The notes under the pieces were generated by a model, which searched no databases, had not been told where the DNA came from, and worked only from the letters and a program-made list of their open reading frames with translations. From Hydrolagus affinis (Eukaryota): a stretch of DNA of 64,000 bases. Shown here piece after piece: positions 1 to 13,200 of the stretch; position 1 is the stretch's first letter; each line of letters begins with the position of its first letter. The position numbers and the translations under genes were made by a program. Location: contig JAAILG010000325.1 of assembly GCA_012026655.1 (NCBI GenBank), forward strand, positions 1 to 64,000. The letters run 5' to 3'.

Positions 1-193
1 TGCGCACAGCAGTGTCCCACAAACAGTCGTGGATTGAAATGACCAATTTTATTATTGTGTTTTTTTTGAGGGATTATTATTAGGCGTGTGGAGTAAGGAA
101 ACTTGCCCAAGGTTTCGCCCTGACCTGCCTGGATTCGAACACAGGTCTCCCCAGCTTGGTTTCCCCAGCTTTCAAGACAAGTGCTCTAACCAG
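1..193 (-). mobile_element. tRNA-headed Deu-domain SINE, partial
   Basis: Reverse complement of the family seen at 14757-15060. Confidence 0.85.
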
Positions 194-704
194 ATCTGAA
201 ATAAAGAACATCAGAAAGGAAATCTGAAGGAATAGTAAAACATGCTGAAAACTCGTTACCTTCCTGTTTTCAGATTTATTCTGTCGGCGGAAGCATACCC
301 AGGATAGAGATACTAATCTCCCAAATTTGCGATGAGCTTGGCTCGATAAATGAGAGAGGGAAGTTGTAAACCACAGGGTGTCACCATTTAGAAGAGACAG
401 ATTTGTTCACAAGGCAATCTCCCCATCAACATTCGTTTTATTAATGTAGAAGGGGTGGGGGGAGGGGGGGGGGTCACACAGTGAAGAGTGAATACAATTT
501 ATTAAACTGTAGGAGGTTAAGTTTATTTACTTGGCTGCCTCACTTAGAAATATGCGGTCACTACCCTTTACAGACGATGTTATGAAACACTGAGATGCCT
601 TTTGCTTGCTACAATGTTAAATTATGTAAGGATCATTATTAGAAATAATGTTTATTGCTGCAGATAGTAATCTGGGAAAAGGTTGTTGGAATGTGGGAAA
701 AGTG

Positions 705-815
705 GTGCTTTTTCGCGCACATATATACAGGCAATTCACTACAGTATATTCTGTGGAGCGCTTTGAGACGTCTAGAAAATGTGAAAAGCACTATATCAAA
801 TGCAAGGATTATTAT
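705..815 (+). mobile_element. Deu-SINE 3' fragment
   Basis: ctgtggagcgctttgagacgtctagaa...aaatgcaaggattattatt tail. Confidence 0.8.
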
Positions 816-1055
816 TTTGTTATAAAAAGTTGTTCTATGACATGACCTGGCCTAGTGGTGGTATTTTGATGTATGTTCTTATGCATTAGCCTTATGTCGT
901 GAGTTTCGCAGTCAGTTTTGTCAAATATGTAAAATCTCGCTTATTAATATTATTTTTCAGGTTGAAAGAAATAAATAAAATGCAGTTCAAGATTTCTCCA
1001 AATAATTTAAGTGATTGCTGACGGTGGTCAATGTGCTCTTCATCCAACTACTAAA

Positions 1056-1212
1056 ATGGCTCGTTGGTGTTGCTACCTTTATTTAATGTTGATATATATT
1101 TGTAATTTGTGTGCCTATGGTGATGTGAAGACATTACGCAGCCTGAGTCATCAACATTTTATCAACATTCTACGATCAGGGAAAACATCATTAATTTATT
1201 TCAGGAGAACTG
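1056..1212 (+). CDS. TXNDC16: TXNDC16 coding exon 1 (signal peptide); exon likely starts at 961 after the tttttcag acceptor
   Basis: aaaATGg start, MARWCC...SLIYFRRT, donor G|gtatgt. Confidence 0.88.
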
Positions 1213-4200
1213 GTATGTATTTAGCAGAATCAGTGTTGCATCTTTGGAACAATATTAAAATTGAAATGGAATATCCTGCAGTTGTTTGGCAGGTTATAAA
1301 TGTTGAATTGGCTATTACTATCCTTTCGTCTCTGATGGCATGATCAAAGAAGAAGATTTTCAGGCGTGATCTGAAGATGGGGAAGGACAGGACGAGGCGG
1401 AGGGATAGAGGAAGAGTGTTCCAGAATTTTGGGTCTTGGTAGCTGAAAGTGGTGCCACCAATGGTGGAATGGAGGGCACAAGGGACATGCGGCAGGTCTG
1501 AGCCAGTCGAGCAGAAGCAGCGTGTAGTGGGTTGGGGTTTAAGCAGGTCAGAGAGGTAGGGAGGTGCTTAGGCATGAAGGGATACTGGTATTAAGAAAAA
1601 TAAATAGATAATTGTTCTATTATGCAACTCTAGTATCCTTCACTTTGAAGCACACACAAATTGAACCTCTGCAAAAAAATTAAAAAAAAATTTGCTCTTC
1701 CAATGGATCAGTACATTTATTCAGAGAGTAGCTGACCTCAGCCAGATGATACAGTATCCTCAAGGTTTGGCTTAGACAGTGGAAAATCAACACAGGTTTC
1801 TCAGTAATAATCATTGTTCAGTGGGACTTGCTGGAGTTGGATGTGTATGAAATCAGAGTAAGTGCAGGATTGGACGCTTCTGTCATGCCACTTCAGGTCA
1901 TGCATGTTTGATTTTTGGGCCATTATAGCCAAGTCTCATCCTGCCTTCATTTGTCCATGAGATAGCTTCAAGTGTCTAGATAACAATGGGGATCAGGTTA
2001 ATCAAATTCTTGTGAAAAGTCTAGTTCTAATTTGATTTTTACTTCAAAATTATTTAGCCTTTAATATTAATTTCACAGTTATTTATTATTTATTCAGAAC
2101 TGAAAGGTTGAACTGATATTTGTAGGCATGACATGAACATGCCTTTATCTATGATTCTATATTGATTATATGTTTCAGTCAACCCAACAGTTAAACTTTT
2201 CCTTGAACAACTAGAACAATCATCAGAACCGCTTGAAGAGTATGGCATCACTGTTGCTCAGGCGAGTAAACTGCACTACATGGTTTTACTATTGAGTGCT
2301 ACTAGTAACCAGTGGTGATATGAACAAACCTTGCATCTAGTTTTTGTAGTTTCAATCTTTTGGGGGAATCCTGGTAAAGTAGTACTGTAATTTGAGTGTA
2401 AGTGATGTTCTCTTGCTGATGCAGTGTTTCAATATATTGGAGCCCAAATAATTCTAAGACAGAGGCCAAATACTGTATGTGCAACATATTAATTCTTAAT
2501 GAGATGAGCTTCAAATTGGACAGGCCATATTATAGACAGAAAATAAGTATTGTGAGTAAAATATAGTGGTATTGTCTATACACTAATTATGGGATGTGAG
2601 GTCAACAAGGGAATTTGTTAAAACGCAGTTGCAGCCAAAAAGGCTTCACTACAATCTGCAAAGCATAGTTAATTTTCTATTAAAATCCCATTAAAATTGA
2701 ATGTGTACATTTTTGTAGGTTAATTGTGTCATTGAAAATATACCAAAGTATTGTGAAGATGAAGGTGTCCAAAAGAAAGCATATCTCTTCCGGTATGTTA
2801 ATACATCATATTTATGCATACTTATGTACATGAACCTATTACCACCAATTACATTGGTGCATAATATTTAAAAATGTTTTTTAGTGCTTCGTTGCAAGGT
2901 TCTATATAAAGTGATCGGGATGTGGATCTTAACGTTTTCTTATCTAAAATCTTAATTCAGAATACATTATTGTAATAATGAGATTTGTAGTGGAATAACA
3001 TGTAATGATACATAATGTGCGCTGATGTAGCCAACTGGTCAGCCAATACAAATGCAGTGATATCGGTCATGGCTGCTCTTGATGGCACCTGTTAAAAGAC
3101 AGGAGAGAATTTTATAATGGATTGACTAGGTGTATTAAGAATGTTTATGATTTAGAATACTGCATTTTATGGTATAATTCAGAATGCATATTATTAATTG
3201 ATATTTGAACATATTGCCTTTCTTTTTAAAAGGGGAAATATAATGCTTAGGAGTTTTGCAACCGACACGTTGTTTGATGTGGATGCAACTGTAGCAAATG
3301 TGTTATTGTAAGTATGCTTTCAGGGGAGAGGGAGGGTTATTTCTTTTCTATGGAATACAATTGGAGAAGGTTTTCCCTGGAATACAATTTGCCATTTTAT
3401 AGTCACAGACTTGTTTTAATTATGATGATGTTACTGTGTTATATTAAATAGAAAATTCGATGATGTTAATTGCTTTGAACTCTTCAAGTGACAACAAATA
3501 AAAGTTGTTTTTAAATCTCAGGTGGAAAACTATTTTTTTTTAAAAAAAGCTTAAATTGAGTGCTTAGATTTACAGAATTGATGATGAGAAATATAGAAAC
3601 TTATAGTGCACAGAAGGAGATCATTTGGCCCATTGTTCCCTTACCAGCTCTCAGAGCAAAATACTGTACTACAATTGCCATTTTATATTCAGGCTTACTT
3701 TAATTACTGATGATGTTACTGTGTGGTATTAAATAGAAAGTCCAGAATTTAGACATCTCAAATCTCTTTCAGACCTATTTATTCTTTAAAATGAAGAAAC
3801 ATTAGTCCTTTAATGAACCATTATCTTTGAATATACAGTGCTGGGATTTCACCCCCATTTAGATAAAATGACTGTCGGTGTTTATTTGTGTAGGTTAAAG
3901 CATGCTGTTGTGTAACATTGGAAACATCATGTATCTTCAATACAAAAAGCCTGCAATGAAAATGTGTTGAAAACATTATTCTTTGATTGTGAAGGTGAAA
4001 AAATTATGTAATTTATTTTTTATAAGAAACTTATGTACTAATGTTCATTATGTAAATAATCTGCTTGCACTTTGGATTCACCACGTTGTTGGACATGAAC
4101 TATTTAATTATGCAAAAAGAATGAAAATTAACATAGTTGACCTTGAAATTAATATTGTGACTAATAGATAACATTTATAATGCAATAAATAAACATTAAA

Positions 4201-7200
4201 CTGACAGCAGTCATTTGACATTTTTGATCTGTTTCATCTTGGCTGAATGCTAGCATAACATTTGCTATTAAGACCACAATTATTTTTCAAAAACTAAAAT
4301 GGTCAAAAACCTAAATCCTTTTTTCAATAATCATAACATTGCTTGGTGATTTTGTAAATTTGTACAGTTACTCTGAAAGCTCTGAACATTTACTCTTATT
4401 CTATTCTAGTATTTTGTTGTTTAATGAAATAAGATATGTCTCTTCATTGGCGGACCTTCAGGACATTGAAAATAATATGAAAGGAAAAGGTGATGTCATC
4501 TTTACATTTGTAGGAGCAATAGGAGTTCCAGGTATTGCTATTATTTCACGTTTTTTGACTCATAAAAGCCGTAATACCTGTCGTAGTTTCTAGTCCAGTG
4601 TACTGAGCATCCCAAAACAATACATGAGGAATTCAGTGACTTTGTTTAACTCTTTACTGTTAACATACCTTACTCCGTGGTAGAAATGAATACTTGACGT
4701 GATACAACAACTTTCACTGATGTTGACTAGCTTGTTCAACTGAACAAGGATTGAATTTAATCCTAGTAGATCTACTCAGTCTTTCACCCATTTGATAAAA
4801 TGAGTATCATCTCTCAAACAGCTCCACAGAGACATACCAAGCAGAGCCAAGCCAGTCTGTAGTAAAGAAAGGAATTGATATGGGCACTTTTAAAATCTTT
4901 GAATGCAATTAATACTATACAGTACAATACAACCCTGACAAAATGTCCTTTATTACAACACAGGTTTGTGTAAGATGATATGGATCCTAATAATGTTGGG
5001 TGCGGATCTGCTGACGTTTACATATGTCAGCACTTTAAAACATCAACTGTGTTTTGATGGCCTTTGACAGTGTAAGAAGGCTTTATATAAAATGCAAGGA
5101 TTCTAATTTTTAATTACTGTAGATAAAAGTGGTCAGAGTAAGTTCTGCAATGGAAAATGTATTTGAGCAGCAAGATGGGCTGGATTTCTGTTTTTATTCA
5201 GTTTGCTGTGATTACATGTATATTTATATTCAACTTGCTGTGATTTTTCCTAGAACACCGAGCAATAATGGAAACTGCGTTTGTTTATGGTGCCAAATAT
5301 CAGTTTGTGCTGACCACAGAGCAAGCTCTTTTGGAAGGCTTGGGGTAAGCATGCCCAATTTGCAATCGAATAATAATAATAATCCTTGCATTTGATATAG
5401 TGCTTTTTGGGGAAAATCACTCAAGACAAACTCAGCATTTACAGCAGAACACATAGAGTGAACATAAAATAATTAATTTGGGGATTGAGGTGATGCCACA
5501 AGTATGGTGTTGTAATTGGTTCAAAAAGATTCTTGACCGTCTGCATGGTATATTTGGAGCAAAGAAAAGTATTGTGTTGTGGATAGGGGCGGAGTAGCTG
5601 ATTTATGGGCTGTGGATTTCTCAACCCATTAGAGGTAATTAAACAAAAAATGATGGTATATGAAGTAATTGTAGTCATTCTTGGTGTGAAATGTATATAT
5701 AGCGCCTTTGTCACACACATGTTACACTTCGCCCACAAAATATACAGTCAATTCACTTTACAGTATATTCTGTGAAGCACATTGAGACACCTCGAAGACA
5801 TGATAAGGTGCTATATCACAAGGATTATTCTTTGAATTCAAGCCCTCCCACCTCTCTCCCTCCTCTGCCCCTCCCCCATACCCAGGTCTCGACCCCTGAC
5901 TGTTCAGCTTCTTGCGATGTCCTCCCAACGTGAAGGCCACTCTATAAATGCAATTTTGTTGTTGTAATAATAATCTTGGAAGAGGGACTTCTGCTCTGCA
6001 TTTACCACCATGCCATCTTTGCCAGGGTTTCTTGACTCTCAGTACTCCATTCTCCAGTGGTAACATGCTTAATCGTGATAAGTACAACATCAAACCTAAT
6101 TAACAACTCAGAAAGCCTGTGATTGTGAGGCATTACAATTTGATATAAGCATGTCACATATTGAATTGAAAAAATTAAGGAGCATTAGCTTGTATAATCC
6201 AGCAGGTGGTGCTGATGTGATGGGTGACACATTTTCAACGGTTTATTTTCTTGATGATTTTCTTATCAAAATCATACAAAAAATGAAAGGCTAAATTAAG
6301 TGTAATCTATCAACCAGATTTATACTGCTGCTCTGAATTACACTCTTTCCTGCCATCTTAAAGTGCAGTTAATATTGTTGTAAAAAATCAACATTCCTTC
6401 CAACGCTTTCATGTTTACTAGCATTACAATCTAAACGTAGACCAGGTATATTTTTAAGTTGTTGCCCTTGTACTACCTGCAGTTATAGTGCAGCCTTTAT
6501 AAAGCCACTGCAGGGCTTTGAAGCGGTCTTCACATTTTTGTTAACTTTATATTGCACTTCCCATTTAACAAACATATGTAACATCATAGTCTAACCCTTA
6601 GCTTCAGGCTGGCATTAATAATTTGATGTTTCCCTGTATAGTTTGGAGATTATATTTATGTTACCCTGTCGTTATGCTTTAATATTTGAAACATTTGAAC
6701 ATTTCTTATGATATTTAGTCTTGAAGATCCCGATAGGTTCTCAGCAAGGCTTTGGTTCTGTCATTGCAAGATGGTTGCTGAAAAGAGTCAGCCATGCAGG
6801 AGGTCCTATTATGAACAGCCTCTAACTACTGTGAATATCCATCGCTACCTTAAAGTATTGGATGCCCCACTTGTGGTGAGGAAAATACATTTACTGTACT
6901 ATAAAACTCTGAAACGCTGCACTGTGTGAAGTGTGCTATATAAATTCAAGTTGTTCTTATGATAAACTGATGCTGAGTTGTGATATTTCTCCAGGGAGGC
7001 AACTATATTATTGTTTGGCCATAGAAAATCTCAGGATAGAAGGAGGCCATTCATATATCATCAGTCCCTTTGTTTCTTTCAAGTTGTTTTTATTAATCAT
7101 CCCACCCTTTCTCCAGTTCTATCCCCATTTTACTCCCTTATTAAAATTAATTGCCTTAATATTATTTTTTCTTTGATCTTGTTGAGTATAATCAGATACT

Positions 7201-10200
7201 ATCAAGGGATAAGCAAGATGAAATATAAACATGAATAGGAACATTTGGTGGATATTTATTTTCTTTCAATACATTAGATGGAGGTTGCTCTGGAACCAGA
7301 AAAAGTCTCTACCATCCACATCCAGCTAAAAATGCCTGTAATCTTTCTTTTTACACAAAAAGAGACATATGGACATGACAAAACAACTGCCGAGTATATT
7401 GCCTGGCAAACCCTGGGAATTGCAGGAGTTGTACTGGTGCCAAGGTAAGGTTATTGTGAATAACTGGTTCAGGATCCAATTTAGAACCAAGAATTGCATT
7501 TTATAAAAGTGTTGTATAAATATAATATATTTATTATATAGATATATTTATATATTTCCCAAAATGTGACATTTATTTGGTACCTTTGATTGCAGTAACC
7601 TTGAGAGTTCCCTCTTTATTTTCATCCTGAGTTCTTGGTGGCTGTGGGTGTTAGCCCATCACCTGCCCAGGCTGCAACAATAGACCTGTCAGGGAATGGC
7701 AAAGACTATCTAGGTGTCTTATTTGTTCAAATCATATTAAAGTAACTGGTAGATTTAAGATGGATTAATCATTAGTATACACCCAGCCGACCTTTCAAAA
7801 ATGTTCGTCTCCATACTTGGTTCTATCTCCCTTAGCTAGGAGATTGAAATGGTCCATTAATGGACATTTCAACCGATGTCAGTTCGAATCATCAAACAGC
7901 TGCCTAGAGATATATTTGAGCAGCACAGGAACAATTCTACATTCTCTTTCTTTTTCCTCTAGATGACCTGCCTGAGACTCGTGAGGTGTTTTTTTTTAAC
8001 AGTCTTAAGCATTTTAAATTCTAGAAATTAAGAAGGTTAGATACTAACCTTTAAAGTAGGTAGGTCTCTACCAATTACTAATTATTTACAATCTCAGGTA
8101 AAGTGTTTGCTGTAAATCACCATACTATTGCCATGTTCTTCTAAACTCAACTTGTCAGCACCTTAGGACGTCCTCCTGACATGAAAGATGCGATACAAGT
8201 GTAATTTTATTGTTGTTTGATGATGTGCACTTTCAATCTCTCGATCAGGACTCAGCTGCAGCCTAAGGTGCCTCTGGATGTCAATGTGGGCTACAAATTT
8301 GCTGGAGAGGTATGATGTTTGTTTTTATCATGAGGTAGTTAAGAACAGTAAGTTGCTTTGATATATGAAATTGACCTAATTACAAAAACTAAACATAGAC
8401 TGACTGTTCCAACACCTTGGTACATCCTGCTGATCTGAAAGGTGCTATACAAATATAATATTTGTTATTGTTGACTATCTAAGTTATGAAAGTTTTGTAA
8501 AAGTTGCAAAAAGCAATATTAGTCAGCAATTGGCCACATTTTGAGTTATAGTGAGCGGAATTACTCATTTTCTGTAGCAATTTTAAATCCTTTAAAAGAG
8601 ACTGTTTAAAAGCAGCCTCTTTCTACATGATCCACAATTGTCCACTAGATGGTGCTGCAACATGTAATAATCCATGCATGCTGCAGTAAATCTCAATGTT
8701 AGTTGCAAAGACTTTCTACCTTGCAGAACAGTGCAATATGCATCTTTCTGCTGTAAAAATTGAAATACCCAATTCCCAAATAAATGTTTATATGAAGATG
8801 TAAGTAGATAATTGAGTTCAATTGATGAAAAATTTAACTAATTTACAATCTCTTTATATATTTGACTGATATATTGTTTTGTTAGGATTCAGCTATTAAC
8901 TACCAGGTTGTGACATCCTTTGAAGAAATTATTAATCTTGTCAAAGGTGAGATGAAAAATGAATCAACTGGAGAACAAGATGACGAGGAAAATGAAGACA
9001 TGGATATCATAGGTATGGTAAATTCAATATAATGCCTTTCACGTCGGACGATATTGGACACTTCACAGGATTTCAGGGTAAAGTGTAGCTTGTAGATGAA
9101 AACAGCTGATTTTTCACTTGGCAATGTCCACAAAAAGCCATGAAGTAACAATCAATTTTTACCTGAAGGATTGTTGGCTAAGACACTGGGAAATTCTTCC
9201 TTCACTTTTGCCATAATGCCACAGGATCTTTAACATCCATCTAAACAGGCAGATGTGATCTCGATTTAATGTTTCATCTGAAGGATGGCAGCTCCAACAA
9301 TGCTGTTCACTGCATTGAGAGTATCAGATTAAATAGCTTTAACCACTGAGCTACAGGACTTCACAAGTGAGAGAACTGGGTTACCCAGTCCTCGTCAGAC
9401 TTCACTGGCTCCCTGTCACAAAGCGGATCGACTTCAAGATCCTCACTCTTGTGTTTAAATCCCTCCATTCCTCTGCACTCCCCCACTACCTCTCTCCTCA
9501 CAGCAGTACCCGCTGCCTCCGCTCTACTGGGTCTGGTATTCTCCTTGTCCCCCGAATACTCCGCTCCACCATCGGTGGTTGTGCTTTCAGTCAGTACATC
9601 CTGAAACTCTAGAACTCCCTTCCTCAATCCCTCTGCCTCACCCTCTGCATTTTCAGGTCGCACCTGAAGACCTTTATGTTCGACCACGCCTACGGTCATC
9701 TTCCTCCTCCCCATGGCTAGGCCTTGGACTCTGCCATTGTGAAGCGCTCTGAGATGCCGTCTGCCATGGACGGCACTAAAAATCCAAATTATTGTTGTTG
9801 TTCGATTCCAGGCAGAGCGAAACCTTGGACAAATTTCCTTACTTCAAATGACAGATGATAATCCCTCAAAAAAAGAATAGATTGGTCATTTCAATCCACG
9901 ACTGTTTGTGGGACACTGCTGTGCGCTGTTGGCTGCATTGTTTCGCCCACATAAATGCAGTCAATTCCTTTAAGGTGTGAAGCGCTTTGAGATGTCTAGA
10001 AGATGTGAAAAGTGCTATATCAAATGCAAAGATTATTATATTCAGAGTTCCATCATGGGGATTGAACCTACAACTTTTTGACTCAGAAGTTAGAGTACTA
10101 CCAACTGAGCTATGCTAATGCAGATTTGGCAAAATTCTGAAAGGCTTGATAATGTGGATGATAAGCAGAGTTTTGATCTTAACAGTGATTTTCAGGTCAC

Positions 10201-13200
10201 AGATAGGACTTGATTGTAGATAATCATTGAAATCTGTTATATTTTCTTCTACGTTTGTGTGCTTTAGCTATTCAAGATGATCAAGTGGCTGAAGCTATCT
10301 ACAGGGATAGACAAAGGGAACTCAATCTGGAGCTACTTCATGCATTAACAGATCAAAGTTTCCATGCAACTTTGAAGGGAACTGAGCATGTGGTGGTGTT
10401 GTTTTACATTGCTTGTAAGTATTCACACAAAGTATGCATAAGTTGTGATCTTTTAATTATGCAGCGGCCCTACTTTAAATGTATATGTATGGTTTACAGT
10501 GAAATCTTTCAGATCAATTCTATTTGTCGACACCTTGTAAAGTAGCATGAAAATTACTTTGAAGGAAATGTACAGTTTGCAGCTTTAAAAGGGTGAAGAT
10601 CTTATTGTGAATTTATTCAAGTACTTAACTGGGACAGGATATAAACTTCTAACTATGAAAATGCTATTGTGATACTTATAGTGATTTAAAAACTCAATTG
10701 CTTCGTCCAGATCATTTCACATAATCTACACGTGTATGATTGTACATTATATAAAATGCAAATAACATTTCACGCTACTTCATATTTATCAACTAAGATA
10801 AACATGATGCGACATCCCTGTGTGTTTCCATATTTGCATGTACACCCACAGATATGAAAGCTTTCTTCTCATCAACTTTCCATATGACCCGAATCATCAT
10901 ATCTGTTTTACTGTGGAAATGTCTTGTAACTATTAATTGGGAGGAAAAACTTACTCAATGTATGCATTTTAAAGAACTTGGTTTCTTAATATTTGTGTAT
11001 ACAGTGTCCTGTATTTCCCGTGTATAGCATATGAAATCCCATTGTTATACTTCAAATCTCTTTGTTTTAAAGTGTGACAATGGGATTCAATACAGGGGTG
11101 CTGATCGTACATGGTGACCATTGCAACACTTATTTGACTGACATACACAAAAAAAGAATAGACAGGAAATACAGGAGAGCAACTTGTATGTCAGAGCTTT
11201 GATGAAGTAGAAGTCCAAATAGTCATTTTGATCAAATAACATGGGGTTTTTCAAATGTTTGCTCAAAACAGCATTTTACATATTATATTATATTAACTTG
11301 ATGAGATTTACAAGGTGTATAAGATAATTGTGACACTACTATACAAGTTTTGGGCTAATTTACTCTTACAAAAATATGCCGTATTCAATCCAATACATAT
11401 GGTAGAGCAAAAGTTACAGTTTTAAAAAAAATGCTTCATCTATATTGTAGGGGATGCTGTGTCTAAGACATTTTTGCGGTCCTATGTGGAAGCAGCTAGC
11501 AGACTTGCAGGTACTATGCCCTAGTTCTTTTTTAAAAATTATTTCGTATGGGCAGATTATCATGAATAGCTTGCATGGAATCCTTAAACGGTTTAAAGTG
11601 GGAATGAGTACAAATTTCAAGCAGTCCATGTTGATTTTACAAAAGGCTTAATTACTGTGCTTTTTGTTAACTTTTGGATTGCCCCAAAGCAAGTAATGAG
11701 GTTTTATAGCGCAAGTGCACATGCAGCTGTAGCATGAGATGCACATTTTGTCTTGTTATTTCTCACTTCGTGCCCTTGACCTTTTTCTTAGTTTTACTGA
11801 AGGTCTATGCCCCAAAGTTTGTTTCCTCAAAAACTGTCATTGGATCAAACATCATACAGCTGCACTTATTTTCTGAGAACTGTGAAGCCAAAATGCCTGC
11901 TGCACAATCTTTCTTTTGAAAATGTAAAAAAGCTGTACTACTAATTCTAGATATTGAATCTTTTTAATTTTGAAATTATAGATGTGGAGAAACTCTTATT
12001 GGCTCTTGTCAACTGTGGAGACTGGCCAGACCTTTGCTCAAAACAGAATGTTACACAGTTTCCCACTGTCAAGATGTACAGTCAAGGAGACAACCCCTTA
12101 TCATACAATGGAATGTTAGGAACAGAAAGTCTACTGAAGTTCATTATGCTGTGAGTAAACTGCACTAAAAGAAACACTTATGCTGTACCATTTTATAGCT
12201 CAAATACAATAGAGAGCAGGTTGTCCTCACCAATTTGGCCTAGCCTCATTGGTTGTCATAGAAAATACAAATTGGCTACAGTGCTGATTTTTAAAAATCA
12301 CGTGAAGAATGTAACTATATATATATATATATATATATAACAACTTTGATTTAAACAGCACCCTTCTTGAAATATAACTTCTCAGGTTGTTCTCAAGGAC
12401 AGGATTGGATGGTAAGCAGCAGAAAAGGGGAATGGAGGAAGGGTGAAGTGACCATAATTGTGGTAAAGAAGTAGATTTTTATAGAGGAATAGAGAGGGGA
12501 GGGAGAGACAGGTGTTGGGGATAAAGTTCCAGAAGTTAAGGCTCCACCATCAATAGTCGTGTGGAGGGGGTGAGATGCACAATAGGCCCTTGTTGGCTGA
12601 TTGAGGAGACAATGAGAGGAGTAGGAAAAGGTCACTGAGATGGGGAGATGTTAGAGCGTGAGGGGATTTGCAGGTGAGGTAACATTTCAATTCAATGGGA
12701 GGTAGGGATCCTGACGAGGACTGGGTGATGGACATGCAGCGTTTGGTGAGGACGCAGACGACAGTTTGGGATCGGCAAATAGCAGATTCTAGGGAGATTT
12801 GAAGGCTATAATTAAATCATAGGTTTCAGATGACATGTTATGAACTGCTCTAACATTTCTCTTGAATTATTGATTAGATTAGTGCCTAGTAATCACTTTC
12901 TGGATCGATTATTTTATAACAAACACATTTTATGAGTGCATATCGGAACACATTATACTTTTCAATATCTAGAATTAGTAGTACAAACCTTTTATCATTC
13001 ATTATCAATGGAGACTGTTATAATACCACAATGTGGCTATCCACACAGAGGAATAGATGTTCTGTTAGATAAAATTGATCACTATGGCTGTCTGTGGGAC
13101 ATTACTGTAAGCAAACTGGCTGCCAACTTTACTCACAAAATGCAGAATCTAGCCACTTTGTGAAGTGCTTTGAGACACCTCAGCAATGTGAAACACTATA

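Noticed and set aside
1011-1055. In-frame GTG-initiated N-terminal extension of TXNDC16 given by the ORF track
   Set aside because: The track allows bacterial start codons; ATG1056 has good Kozak context and gives a signal peptide of the expected length
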